A stretch of 64,000 nucleotides of DNA from Candidatus Latescibacterota bacterium (GCA_965219385.1 CBDCNM010000002.1:2412936-2476935), one strand, 5' to 3'. Numbered from the stretch's first letter, positions 19,605 to 29,252 are shown. Numbers and translations are program-made. Notes: generated from the letters alone by a model not told the origin.

Positions 19605-19736
19605 TTTCAGCTTCTCCCACATTCAATGGGTGCATCAGGTAGCGGACCGTGGTCTTGACAATCTGCCTGACATCCCCTGAGCTTCTCGGCGGGATCGGGC
19701 AGGGAGTTCCGGTTGGAAGTGGCAGCGGCGGCGGCA

Positions 19737-19849
19737 GGCCCGAATCGAAGCCGGCTCGGTCAATGCCGCGACATGTGCAGAGGACCACCGCATTGAGCGC
19801 ATTCGGTGACGTCGAGGATGAACAGGCGCGCGAGCAGGTGGGCCCAGAG
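19737..19849 (-). pseudogene. IS91-like (Y2) transposase C-terminal remnant
   Basis: Reads LWAHLLARLFILDVTECAQCGGPLH, then frameshifts to VAALTEPASIRA. Confidence 0.6.
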
Positions 19850-19874
19850 TGAATGTTTGAGCTTTCTCATTCAT

Positions 19875-20264
19875 TTATTTTACGGAAAAATTAAAGTACG
19901 TGTTTGGATAAGGTTCATTTTTAAACGTATAGTGCCACCATTCTTTGTCGTAATTCACAAAACCGTGGTTTTCCATCACGGACTTTAATAACAGCCGGTG
20001 GCGTTTCTGTTGCTCCGTAATGTGAGGATCGTCCGTATTAGACAACGTGTCAAAATAATCAAACGGCGTGCCCATATCCAACGCTGCTGAACTCGAACTC
20101 TCGACCAAAGTCAAATCGACCGTGCTGCCCCTGCTGTGGCCCGATTGGCTTGCGATATAGCCCTTTTTGATGAGTTGAGATTTGTCTTCATTGGGATAGT
20201 ATCGCGCTTTCATCTTGCGATCATTCCCATCATGTACCCACGCGACAAAGTGATCCACCGCTTT
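19875..20264 (-). pseudogene. ddpX: D-Ala-D-Ala dipeptidase (VanX/DdpX, M15D), N-terminally truncated
   Basis: SGHSRGSTVD, DMGTPFD and EWWHY motifs; the frame begins after P*KAVDHF, so the DxYRP region is missing. Confidence 0.85.
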
Positions 20265-20394
20265 TCATGGCGCTCCTCCTTGTAGCGTGATGTCGAGAAG
20301 ATGGTGTCTGATAGCCGCCCTGATTCCCGCGAAGCGCACGCGGCAATGGCGACCGCTGTCTTTGCGGTGAAGCCATAGGGGTCGGGCGCGCGCC

Positions 20395-20493
20395 GGCGCG
20401 CGCAAAGACGGCGAGGACGGCCGCAAGCAGCAACTCGTCGTAAGCGAGCCGGGAACGGATCTCGTCCGGAAAGCTCAGTACCTACTGGCGGAC
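20395..20493 (-). pseudogene. IS91-like transposase internal remnant
   Basis: Reads VRQ*VLSFPDEIRSRLAYDELLLAAVLAVFAR, matching the RQWVLSFP motif with W mutated to stop. Confidence 0.6.
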
Positions 20494-20571
20494 CGCTACG
20501 CGGCGGACATCCGCAGCCCCGGCGCGGTCTGTGAAGGTATCCGCAAAGCCCCTGCCGCGCGGGGAGGATGC

Positions 20572-23256
20572 CTACAGGCTCCGCTCCAGACCGGCCTCCA
20601 GCGCCGCCTCGATCCGCGCCCGGGTCTCTTCGAGATGGGCGCGGCTGTACGCGTCCAGATCGCTACCGTCCAGCCGCGCCTCGATCTGGGCGGCGATGGC
20701 CTGCAAATCCGCCCGGGCCAGGGTGCGGGCATCCTCGGGGGTTCTCGGGACGGGGCTGACCACCAGACCGATCAGCTTTTGCAGCTGGGCCCGCTGCAGA
20801 TTGCGGCGAAAGCTGTCGATTGAGCCGCCCGTCTCCAACTCGGCCCAGATGGCCTGCCGCAGTCCGGCAAAGAGGTCGACCATCGCGAAGGTCTCTTCCC
20901 CCTCGTAGCGCAGCTCCAGATCCTGCAGCCGGCTCAACAGAACCGGATCGTAGAACCGGTTGAGCGGCTGTCGTTGGATGCTCAGCACGACCTGGTGTAT
21001 TGGATAGTCGATCCGCCGCACCCGGAACACCGACCGGGTGAAGTCGCCCCGCCGCTCCGGCGCCAGCTTGTTGAGCAACTGCGGCGACCAGCGGAAGGCG
21101 TCCGGGCCGAACACGTGCTCCACCAGGAAGTCGAGGGCCTCCCGCTGCCGGGCGGGCGCAACCGGCTGCAGCGGGAGCCGTCCCTGCGGATCGCCCACGT
21201 GGTCGCGGTAGTGGTAGAGGCCGCCGATGTAGCGGCTGACATTGCCAGCACCCGACCAGTAGGGCCTGAAACCCCAACCGAACACCCGCCGCAGGGTCTG
21301 GTAGCGCTCTCCCTTCCGCTCGAACTTGTCCTCCACCTTGGCCCACAGCTCTCTCGACAGGGCGATCTGGTCGCGATAGTGGGCGATCGGGTCGTCGCGC
21401 AAGTCCCAGCGCGCCGCGCTCGGGTCGATTCCCCGGGTCCAGTACATGGCGTCCTCGTCCGTGCCGTAGGCCAGCTCCGTTGCCGCCACCCGGGCGGCGA
21501 TCTTGGCCAGTTGGGCGCGCTCGCTTGAGGGACTGTCCGCCTCCACCGGCCGGTAGGCGTACTCAATGGCCCAGTAGTCGTACGGCCCCAGCGTCGTCTG
21601 GTAGTACTCCCCCTGCTCCTGGCCCTCCGGGGCGATATTGACCGGGTTGTAGTCCATCACCGAACTGGAGATGCCCTCTTTGTCGGTGACTCGGCGGTCG
21701 TGTAGCTCGTCGAGCGCGTGCATGGTGCTGCCCTTGAAGTTGTGGCGCAGGCCCAAGGTGTGGCCCACTTCGTGCGCCACCAACTCCACGATCAGCTGGC
21801 GGATGAACTCTTCCTCGTCCACCTCGCCCCCACCGGCCGCGGCCCGAGCTGCCAGCACGTGCCACCCGAAAGCGGCCTCCTGCATCAGTCCGTCGGCCAT
21901 ATCGCAGAACCCTCTGGTGTAGTCCCCGGTCAGCCCCACAGCCGCGGCGAGGGAGTCCCCGACGGCCCGGACTCCCCGTCCCACTGGATCCACCAGTTCG
22001 GTGAACTCCAGGTGGGCGTAGCGGACAAAATCGGCGCTGATGCGAATATCGGCGTCGAAAATTTCGCCGCTAAAGGGATTGGTGCGCGACGGGCCCACCG
22101 CGTACCCCTGACCGGGTTGCACCATCCAGCGCACCACGTTGTAGCGCACATCGGCCGCGTCCCACTCGGCGTCGTCCGGCTGCTGCTCCACCGCGACCGC
22201 CCCCTTAAAGCCGAGCCGCTCGAAGGCCTTGTTCCACACCAGGACCCCCTCCCGCACCGCGTCCCGGTACTCCACCGGAATCGTGTTTTCCAGCCAGAAC
22301 ACAATCGGCTTTTTGGGGGGCGACTGCTCGAACTTGGGCTCGGCCTTCTCCAGGTGCCAGCGGTTGACGTAGCGCACGTACGGGTCGTCCTTGAGCACCG
22401 AGGTGTAGTCCTGGTACAGGGTGGTGAAGTGCCCCACCCGGTCGTCGGCCAGGCGCGGGCGGAAATCCGACTCGGGCAGAGTAGACAGGCTGTAGTGGTA
22501 GATGTGCTGGAAACTGCGCACGTCCGCCAGGGTGGGGATATCCATTTTGGGCGCGTCGGTCTTGAAGTGCAGCACCACGTCGATCTCGGTATTCTCCGGG
22601 AAATTCTTCAAGGCGCCGAAATAGCTGTTGTCGCCGTCGAAGTTGTACGAACCCTTTTTGAGGTACTCTCTGAAGAAGGAACTCACCAGGGCGATGTCCT
22701 GAACGAAGAAGACGCTCGGGTCCACCAGCACCGCGCCGGTCTCGGGATGGGGCTGCCCCTCGATGCTGCCGACGCCCAGAATCGAATCGGACAGGCCCCG
22801 GTCGACGGCCCGGTGGATGGCCGCGTCGGGCTCGGCCCGGTAGTACACATTCTTGTGGGCGAAGAACACCTTTTTGCCGACCCGCTGAAAAACAAAGGGG
22901 AAGGTGCCCCAACCCCGGCCTATGAAAATCAGCGAGGCCGAATCGAAGAAGTAGCCGTCCCCCTGAGTGCGCGTGATGCTGCACAGGTAGATCTGGTCGA
23001 ACTGGTCGGGCCGGATGGCCAAGAACACTTTGTTCTCTTCCGGATCCCGGTAGAGCTCGAACAGCCCTTCGATCTTGTCAAAGTTCTCGATCACCTCCGC
23101 GAATTTGGGTTCCTCGTCCTCCTCGTCCTCGTCCTCCTCTTCCTCGACGGTCGCCTCTTCCTCGACGGTCGCCTCTTCCCCCTCATCCGCCCAGACGGCC
23201 CCTACCCCCCAGATGCCGAGGAGCGCGACCAGAAACATCCGCTCGAATGCGCGCAT
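20572..23256 (-). CDS. Secreted zinc-dependent metalloprotease (DUF5117/DUF4953, EcxA-like)
   Basis: Signal peptide, acidic linker, PRLADDRVGHF, HEVGHTLGLRHN, SVMDY and GPYDYWAIEYAY motifs. Confidence 0.88.
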   Translation of the reverse strand: MRAFERMFLVALLGIWGVGAVWADEGEEATVEEEATVEEEEDEDEEDEEPKFAEVIENFDKIEGLFELYRDPEENKVFLAIRPDQFDQIYLCSITRTQGDGYFFDSASLIFIGRGWGTFPFVFQRVGKKVFFAHKNVYYRAEPDAAIHRAVDRGLSDSILGVGSIEGQPHPETGAVLVDPSVFFVQDIALVSSFFREYLKKGSYNFDGDNSYFGALKNFPENTEIDVVLHFKTDAPKMDIPTLADVRSFQHIYHYSLSTLPESDFRPRLADDRVGHFTTLYQDYTSVLKDDPYVRYVNRWHLEKAEPKFEQSPPKKPIVFWLENTIPVEYRDAVREGVLVWNKAFERLGFKGAVAVEQQPDDAEWDAADVRYNVVRWMVQPGQGYAVGPSRTNPFSGEIFDADIRISADFVRYAHLEFTELVDPVGRGVRAVGDSLAAAVGLTGDYTRGFCDMADGLMQEAAFGWHVLAARAAAGGGEVDEEEFIRQLIVELVAHEVGHTLGLRHNFKGSTMHALDELHDRRVTDKEGISSSVMDYNPVNIAPEGQEQGEYYQTTLGPYDYWAIEYAYRPVEADSPSSERAQLAKIAARVAATELAYGTDEDAMYWTRGIDPSAARWDLRDDPIAHYRDQIALSRELWAKVEDKFERKGERYQTLRRVFGWGFRPYWSGAGNVSRYIGGLYHYRDHVGDPQGRLPLQPVAPARQREALDFLVEHVFGPDAFRWSPQLLNKLAPERRGDFTRSVFRVRRIDYPIHQVVLSIQRQPLNRFYDPVLLSRLQDLELRYEGEETFAMVDLFAGLRQAIWAELETGGSIDSFRRNLQRAQLQKLIGLVVSPVPRTPEDARTLARADLQAIAAQIEARLDGSDLDAYSRAHLEETRARIEAALEAGLERSL

Positions 23257-23298
23257 AGTATTACTCAGCTCCAATCTCAATTTGCCTCGCGGTTTGGA

Positions 23299-23718
23299 CT
23301 ACTCACAGTAAACCCGGATCTTGTCGTCCCCGTCCTGGACATTGATCTCGATCTCGCTCAGTGCGTCTATCAGCTGCTCGAGATCCTCGGTTCGCAGGTT
23401 GTGAAGGTCGACGTCTGTACCGCTTTTCTTCATCGCCTTTTTGATTCCCTTTGCCGCCTGCTCCGGGAGCAGGGTGTGCAGCTTGACTCCGGCCTTGATC
23501 AGCGCCAGCGGCACCCGGACGTTGATGTGCTCCTCCCCCTCCGCTTCGATGGTGACTCTCAGATACTTGGTCGGTCCCGTGCGCGAAGGCACTATCTGCT
23601 CAACCGATCCGGTCGCTTCGGGCTCCTCGTCGACGAGGGAGAGCAGGCGCTCGGCCTCGTCGACCGACACCTTGCCCTCCGACAGCATCTCGAGCACGCG
23701 TCTGCTGTTCTCGTTCAT
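23299..23718 (-). CDS. SHOCT-like domain protein (YvlB-like)
   Basis: RRVLEMLSEGKVSVDEAERLL; C-terminal INVRVPLALIK...KIRVYCE. Confidence 0.75.
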   Translation of the reverse strand: MNENSRRVLEMLSEGKVSVDEAERLLSLVDEEPEATGSVEQIVPSRTGPTKYLRVTIEAEGEEHINVRVPLALIKAGVKLHTLLPEQAAKGIKKAMKKSGTDVDLHNLRTEDLEQLIDALSEIEINVQDGDDKIRVYCE

Positions 23719-23747
23719 GTCATCCTCCCATTCATTGTTGCGTTTGG

Positions 23748-24749
23748 CTACTGAATCGCAATGGAGCCGTTTTTGGTCGCGGCGATCAGCTCGGCCTCGC
23801 CTTCCCCCACCGTCCCCTCGAGCTTCCGGCGCCGGTCGACCGATGCGACAAAGCCCGGCACCTCGCACCGGACTCGCCCGTTGACCGCCGAGGCGGTCAG
23901 CTTCAGGCTCGGCTCGGCGCCCAAGGTCACCTTGATGTTGCCGTTCGAGGTAGCCAGCCTGTTGCGGCTTCCGGGCTCAACGCTCCCCTGAAACCTTATC
24001 GACCCGTTGGTCGTCCGCGCGTCGAAGCGGCCGTGTGCGTCCTCGATGGACACGCGGCTGTTCGAGGTAGAAAGCTCTGCCGAGCCAGAGAGCGTCTTGA
24101 CCGTGATCGAGGCGTTCTTGGTCGTCGCGTTCAGGTCGCCCTTGAATTGTTCGACCCTAATGGGCCCGTTCTTGGTCTGCACTGCTCCACTGTTTTCCGT
24201 TCCTTGGAGCTCCACCGGTCCGTTGCTAGTCGCCAAATCAACGCTAGTTGTGACGGGCACAATCACCTCTATGTTTGCTCCAGGGTATTGGCGAGAGAGT
24301 CCGTGGAGCAGGGATGTAGAGCCGAAGTGCCGCAACTCATGCAGAAATCTCTCGGATTGCCGATCCGGCTTGGCCTCGACCTTGACGAGGTCGTCTTCCT
24401 GTACGGCGCTGTACTCGATGCCGTGAGGGTTCTTCAGCTCCGCCTGCACCCGAATCGAGCCGGGGCTGCCGGCATTGACGCGCACGCGGCCGTTGAAGCC
24501 GCGTACCACCAGGCGCGGGTTCTCGCCCACCTCGAAAGTGTCGTCGCGCAAGGACGTCTTGGGTTTCTCGTCGGGCTCATCAAAGGATTCAAAGCCTTCT
24601 CCGAAGGATTCAAAGCCTTCCCCGGCAGCGCGTTTGGACTCCTCGCCTCCGTGGTTGACTCTCAGCGCCTCCAGGAGACGCTCGGCATCCTCTACGGTTA
24701 TCCTCCCCTCCGAGAGCATGTCCAGGACTCTTCGTCGCTCTTCAGTCAT
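23748..24749 (-). CDS. SHOCT-like plus DUF4097 (toast-rack) beta-repeat protein
   Basis: RRRVLDMLSEGRITVEDAERLL, then repeated TxNGxI/V units; GEGFESF duplicated at the DNA level. Confidence 0.8.
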   Translation of the reverse strand: MTEERRRVLDMLSEGRITVEDAERLLEALRVNHGGEESKRAAGEGFESFGEGFESFDEPDEKPKTSLRDDTFEVGENPRLVVRGFNGRVRVNAGSPGSIRVQAELKNPHGIEYSAVQEDDLVKVEAKPDRQSERFLHELRHFGSTSLLHGLSRQYPGANIEVIVPVTTSVDLATSNGPVELQGTENSGAVQTKNGPIRVEQFKGDLNATTKNASITVKTLSGSAELSTSNSRVSIEDAHGRFDARTTNGSIRFQGSVEPGSRNRLATSNGNIKVTLGAEPSLKLTASAVNGRVRCEVPGFVASVDRRRKLEGTVGEGEAELIAATKNGSIAIQ

Positions 24750-24758
24750 CACAACCTC

Positions 24759-25040
24759 CTAGTCGATTGAAACGAACACACGGTCCACGCCGGAGACTAC
24801 GTTGACTCGTAGGCCGCGCAGCGAGATCAGCACGCACACCAGCAAGGGGCCGGTCAGCAGGATGGGGCGGCCCCATCCCCGGTGCCAGTAGAACGCCGCC
24901 GCCAGTACCACGAGGGGCGCCCCCAGGAGCACTAACACGGCAAAGACCGGCCACAGCAGTAGGAGCGGGATCCAGAGCCGAATGCGGCGCTCGTCACTCT
25001 GGACGCGCAGCGTCAGGAACGCCGGTGGCAGCCGCATCAA
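24759..25040 (-). CDS. Small membrane protein
   Basis: 93 aa with two hydrophobic segments; overlaps the DUF2089 stop. Confidence 0.65.
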   Translation of the reverse strand: MMRLPPAFLTLRVQSDERRIRLWIPLLLLWPVFAVLVLLGAPLVVLAAAFYWHRGWGRPILLTGPLLVCVLISLRGLRVNVVSGVDRVFVSID

Positions 25041-25426
25041 GAGAGCCTTCTCACGGCCTCTTCGACATTGATCTCGCCGCTCTCAAGGCTGTCGAGTACT
25101 TCCGCCGATCGGGGGTTGGACCCAGGTGTGCGCGCGGGTCCGGCGGCGCGGTGCACCGTCTCGACCAGTTGGAACTGCTCCGAGATGCTATTCAGCCGGT
25201 TCTTGACCGTCGGGTAGCTGATGCCGAATATGCGCTCCATCTCCTTGATCGAGCCGTGGACCTGGATGAAGGCCATCACGAATACCTGGTCCTCGGCGGC
25301 AAGACGCGCCAGAACAGGCGGCTCGAATTGCCCTTCGATCGCGATATCGCTGTCCGCCAGGAGAACCCGCTCCACCACGATACGCGCACCCCTGGTCAGG
25401 TCGGTCAGCTCTTTCCAGTTTTTGAT
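25037..25426 (-). CDS. DUF2089 family HTH protein (apparent ATC start)
   Basis: GSIKEMERIFGISYPTVKNRL HTH and a C-terminal SHOCT-like VLDSLESGEINVEEA; GGAGGA lies just upstream of an in-frame ATC. Confidence 0.75.
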   Translation of the reverse strand: MKNWKELTDLTRGARIVVERVLLADSDIAIEGQFEPPVLARLAAEDQVFVMAFIQVHGSIKEMERIFGISYPTVKNRLNSISEQFQLVETVHRAAGPARTPGSNPRSAEVLDSLESGEINVEEAVRRLS

Positions 25427-25459
25427 GTTTAGTCCTCCGAAATATTGAATTTAGTTATT

Positions 25460-25488
25460 ATTATAACATTAAAAATTAATAAAGTCAA
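25460..25488 (-). promoter_or_regulatory. Sigma70 promoter of the DUF2089 operon, overlapped by an imperfect inverted repeat
   Basis: TTGACT-17 nt-TATAAT with an extended TG; IR arms at 25443-25458 and 25475-25490 (13/16). Confidence 0.75.
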
Positions 25489-25803
25489 TAATAAAATTAA
25501 TAAAAATGATATGGCCGATGATCCGACAGGCCTGCAAGGCATTGATCTGCTGAATAAAGACGCCAATTTCCAGCGGATTAGCGAAGCGAATTACCTGCTG
25601 CAGCGAGAGCGAGAGACGATTGGTTGATACGCGATGCTCACGTTCAATCTGAGAACCGGGAAATAATTGGGACGGACGCAATGCCCGTGTCTCATTTCGA
25701 TCAACGCCAGCGCGCTAGAAGCGGAATTAAAAAAGGTCGTGGGCATTAAACCCACGACCTTTTCTGTGGTTGTAAACCAGTGCAAGATAGATTTACACAA
25801 TGC

Positions 25804-25879
25804 TGGTAGCCCGTACGGGATTCGAACCCGTGTTACCGGCGTGAGAGGCCGGCGTCCTAGGCCTCTAGACGAACGGGCC
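25804..25879 (-). tRNA. tRNA-Glu(CTC)
   Basis: GGCCCGT/ACGGGCT acceptor stem, CCGGC-CTCTCAC-GCCGG anticodon arm, GGTTCGAATCC T-loop, encoded CCA; 76 nt. Confidence 0.97.
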
Positions 25880-25911
25880 CCAAAGACATAAACTTCACCT
25901 TAGAGTCAATA

Positions 25912-25940
25912 AAATTATAGTCTTTCACCCTGCCTGTCAA
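25912..25940 (-). promoter_or_regulatory. Putative sigma70 promoter of tRNA-Glu
   Basis: TTGACA followed by TATAAT (15-nt spacer) or TAATTT (17-nt spacer). Confidence 0.5.
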
Positions 25941-25945
25941 GCCTT

Positions 25946-26813
25946 CTAAAACACGGCATCGGGCCAGACTTTCTGGCAGCCCTCCTTGACCTTGCGGGCC
26001 ACATCCTCGACCGGTTCTTGCCACAGATCGTGGCAGAAAAGTTCCACGAAATGCCAGCCATGGTAGCCGCATGCCTCGATTTTTTCGTACCACTCGCGCA
26101 GGGGCAGAGCGCCCTGTCCGGGAATGACCCGGTCGTTGTTGACATTGGTCAGTTCGGGCGGACAGGGGCGCATATCGTCCAGGTGGCCGTAGGCTATCCG
26201 GCCCCGGACCAGGTCGAGGTCGTTCAGCCGCGAAGGCGAGATCTCGAAGTGAGCCGGGGCGAAGAAGAAACCCACGTTGTCGCGTCCCACCCTGTCCAGG
26301 ACCTCGGCGGCGGTGCGGACCGAGCGGCACAGCTGGCACCAGTTCATTTCCAGGGCCAGGGTGATGCCCCTGGCCCTGGCCAGATCGGCCAGGCGGCCGA
26401 TCTGCTCGGCCAAATTGCTGCAAGATCGCTCTGTAGGCCTGATCGCGGGCCTCAAGGCCCTCTGCGCCAAAGTCTGAGGTTTCGGGGAATTCCGCTGGAG
26501 CATCTCCGCCAAAGACGATCACCGGACACTGTATCTCTTCCATCAATTCCAGGGCGCCGGCAAAGTGGGCTTCATTCTGCCGGATATCATCCGCTGCGGC
26601 AAAGGCCTGCACCACGTGGCCGGTACAGCCCACCGGCTGCAGACCCGAGCCGCGGACCAGGTCGCCAAAGGCTTTGCGGCCGTGGCCCTCGACATAAGAC
26701 CCGGCTTTGGCCAGACTGAGTTCAAAGGCATTCCAGCCGGCGTGGGCGTAGGCTGCAAGATCCTCTTCGAGCGCGGCTTTTTGAGTAGTGATCTGGTGCA
26801 GAGCGATTTTCAT
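25946..26813 (-). pseudogene. Sugar phosphate isomerase/epimerase (TIM barrel), one frameshift near 26412
   Basis: The N-half (MKIALHQIT) and C-half (LALEMNW, HLDD, VELF) are in different frames; may be a sequencing error. Confidence 0.75.
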
Positions 26814-26982
26814 TGGGGAGTCTCCTGGGACGCAAACCTGTTCGTATAGTAGATCTATACCAACCTCCTGTCAAGCAAGTCGAAGCCCATTGACAGGCCG
26901 TTGCCGGCAAGGTATTATGAGCCTGTCAGGGCCTGCAGCCAAACGGGCAGTTTTGCTAAGGTTTTGATAAAAGGAGAGAAAA

Positions 26983-27810
26983 ATGACCGAGATCGAACAC
27001 TACGAATTCGACCGTCTGGGTTATATCATCATCGAAGATATGCTGCGCCCGGAGGAAGTGGCCCGGCTCGCAAAGGCAGGCGACGAGCTGGAGGAACACG
27101 CCTTGCAGCACGTGGATCTGCCGCCGCGCAAATTCAGTGGCTGGGGAGCGGAATACCACGCCAACCAGGAAAAAGGCTATCACGCCCGAGGGACCAGAGA
27201 GGAAGGCCAGACCCTCATCATCGAGGATTTCTGGAACGCGGATCCGGCCTTTGATTTCCTGGTGGGGCACGACCGGACCATGGAGTACGCCAACGCCGTC
27301 ATCCTGGGGCGGCCCACCATCAACAACTCGGAGATCCGCATCCGCTACCGCGGCAATGCCTCGGGCTCGCACGGGGGGTACAGGCCGGACAATTCCAAGT
27401 ACCGCTACCAGTTCGAGGCCGAGGGGATCAACTGCGCCATGGTGCGCATGATCTACTTCATTCACGATGTGAGCAACGAGGAAGGGGCCTTTTGCGTGGT
27501 GCCCGGCACCCACAAAGGAAATCTGCCGGCGCCCTACAGCAACAACCCGGACGAAGAACCGGGCATGGTCGGGCTGGAGGTGAAGGCCGGCGACGCCATC
27601 TTCTTCACCGAGGCGCTGCGCCACGGTGGCCTGACGAACCGCTCGGAGCAGGTGCGCAAGACCATCCACGTGGGCTACGGGCCCAACTGGATGATGTCCC
27701 AGAACATAGCCACCATGGACGAGCCGCAGCACTTGACCGCGGAAACCCGCTCGCGCTACAACGTGGAGCAGCAGAATCTGTTGCGGGCGTGGCCCATAAA
27801 AACAGAGTAG
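26983..27810 (+). CDS. Phytanoyl-CoA dioxygenase (PhyH) family Fe/2OG enzyme
   Basis: FDRLGYII, VVPGTHK and AGDAIFFTEALRHG motifs; proximal motif is HGG rather than HxD. Confidence 0.85.
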   Translation: MTEIEHYEFDRLGYIIIEDMLRPEEVARLAKAGDELEEHALQHVDLPPRKFSGWGAEYHANQEKGYHARGTREEGQTLIIEDFWNADPAFDFLVGHDRTMEYANAVILGRPTINNSEIRIRYRGNASGSHGGYRPDNSKYRYQFEAEGINCAMVRMIYFIHDVSNEEGAFCVVPGTHKGNLPAPYSNNPDEEPGMVGLEVKAGDAIFFTEALRHGGLTNRSEQVRKTIHVGYGPNWMMSQNIATMDEPQHLTAETRSRYNVEQQNLLRAWPIKTE

Positions 27811-27856
27811 GCCATGGCCGCGGCAGATACCTCGCGCATACCGTAGTTTTTCTCCT

Positions 27857-28549
27857 TCAGCGAGCGTCCGCCAGTTCGGCTTTTTTCCAGTAGTCTTTAA
27901 AGTGAGCGCGCCCCCACTCCAGTGGAGTAGAACAAATAGCGTTGAATCCCCCCCAAGTCCAGCGCAGGGGCCAGGCACGCCGCCAAGCGACCCGCCGAAA
28001 GATCTTCAAACGCTCTCCCCCGGCCAATTCCACTCTGTGCCCGAGCTGGGTGAGCACGCGTTCGTAGGTAGAGTTGATCAGGTTGCGCCCGTGCTGCTCC
28101 AGCTTCTCCGGCTCGATCACCCTCACCCGCGGACACACCATGTTGCTTTCCCGGAGCACAAATCCCTCGATCCAGTCCTGGGGGACGGTACCTTTGTTGG
28201 ACTCGGCAGCCCGGGGGATGGTCTGGTGGTTCATCACGGCATAGGTGCGGCAGATCAGGGGGCGCACCGGGTAGATGCTACAGCTGTGTCCGGCATCCAG
28301 AAAGGGACAACGCCGCGGCCGTTCTTCGGTGAAGTTCAAAAGTTCCCGCTGGCGTTCCCGAGAAAAATGGGTTTTCACGTACTCTACAATATTCAGATAT
28401 TCGGCACTGTAGAGAGGAAACATGGTGGCGTAGTGGTTGTCGAACTCGTCGTCGGTGAGCACACAGCACTCCCCGGAGTGGGCACAACGCGTCGCCGGGA
28501 CCTGCTCGTAAAGCGCCTGTAACTCACTGGAGAGATCTGGGTCCGCCAT
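27857..28549 (-). CDS. YkgJ family Cys-cluster protein
   Basis: CAHSGECC, CPFL and CSIYPVRPLICR motifs. Confidence 0.8.
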   Translation of the reverse strand: MADPDLSSELQALYEQVPATRCAHSGECCVLTDDEFDNHYATMFPLYSAEYLNIVEYVKTHFSRERQRELLNFTEERPRRCPFLDAGHSCSIYPVRPLICRTYAVMNHQTIPRAAESNKGTVPQDWIEGFVLRESNMVCPRVRVIEPEKLEQHGRNLINSTYERVLTQLGHRVELAGGERLKIFRRVAWRRAWPLRWTWGGFNAICSTPLEWGRAHFKDYWKKAELADAR

Positions 28550-28717
28550 GGCAATACGCTTCCCAAATTTATAGGGCCCACTTCGGAATATTCGGAATAT
28601 CTTGTAAAAATGCAAAAAGCACGCCCGCCACGCAACCAGAGCTTGGCAATAAAGGACCGTCTCTTCTTTCGATCGTGGAAGTGTGATACCCGGATCGAGT
28701 AGAACGCACAGTACTGA

Positions 28718-29248
28718 TTATGGCTCCCCATCCCAGCCCTGCGGCAATATCAGCATTGGCAGTCCAGCGGCCGCCACATTGTAGAGCGCCTGCAAATCCT
28801 CTGGCTGGAGTTTGAGGGCCGGGGAGCGGGGTCGCTCCCAGACCTCGGAAGCATAGATCAGGAGTCCATTGGTGAAGAGCAGGGCACAGTCCTTGGTGGC
28901 TTCCTCCACCAGATTCTGCTCCCAGTTGAAGGGTCCTGCCTGTGCATCGGACCAGGGATCGCTGGGCCGGTAGCGCCGGATGCGGCCTTCCAGGTCGGCG
29001 TGTCCTCTGAGGTGCCCGTTCCAGGAATACCGTACAACCGGACAGTTGCGCAAAACCGCCCTCCCGTGTTGCAGGCGGAGTTCACCTGCCTGGCGATCAA
29101 CCACCAGGTAGAGACGATCCGCGTCCATGAGCTGCAACCATTCCCGCAGGGCCTGATTGATGTGGATCAGCTCCTGCGGCGCCGGCTCGCTGCCGCTTTC
29201 CCGCTGGATCGGCAGCAAGATCAATCCTACCAGCAGCAGCTTCTTCAT
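28718..29248 (-). CDS. Exported protein resembling a catalytically dead L,D-transpeptidase
   Basis: Signal peptide, YLVVDRQAGELRL...VLRNCPV, and a tail LQPEDLQALYN...GLPMLI, without the H/HGC residues. Confidence 0.5.
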   Translation of the reverse strand: MKKLLLVGLILLPIQRESGSEPAPQELIHINQALREWLQLMDADRLYLVVDRQAGELRLQHGRAVLRNCPVVRYSWNGHLRGHADLEGRIRRYRPSDPWSDAQAGPFNWEQNLVEEATKDCALLFTNGLLIYASEVWERPRSPALKLQPEDLQALYNVAAAGLPMLILPQGWDGEP

Positions 29249-29252
29249 ATCT

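Noticed and set aside
19875..20264. Vancomycin resistance gene vanX
   Set aside because: Truncated, with no vanH/vanA/vanRS nearby; a ddpX-family relic only.
23110..23180. Tandem 18-bp and 9-bp repeats; also the 21-bp repeat near 24585-24625 and the 12-bp repeat at 45850-45879
   Set aside because: In-frame coding repeats in low-complexity linkers; there are no spacers, so this is not CRISPR.
21718..23754. 678-aa + strand ORF, and similar long ORFs at 1612-2886, 29358-31016 and 57289-58605
   Set aside because: Antisense or off-frame shadows of well-supported genes in GC-rich DNA, with no motifs of their own (except the ATPase tail at the end of 1612-2886).
25804..25830. tRNA-Glu 3' end as the integration site for the left-hand island
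   Set aside because: No integrase and no duplicated tRNA 3' end were found in this window.
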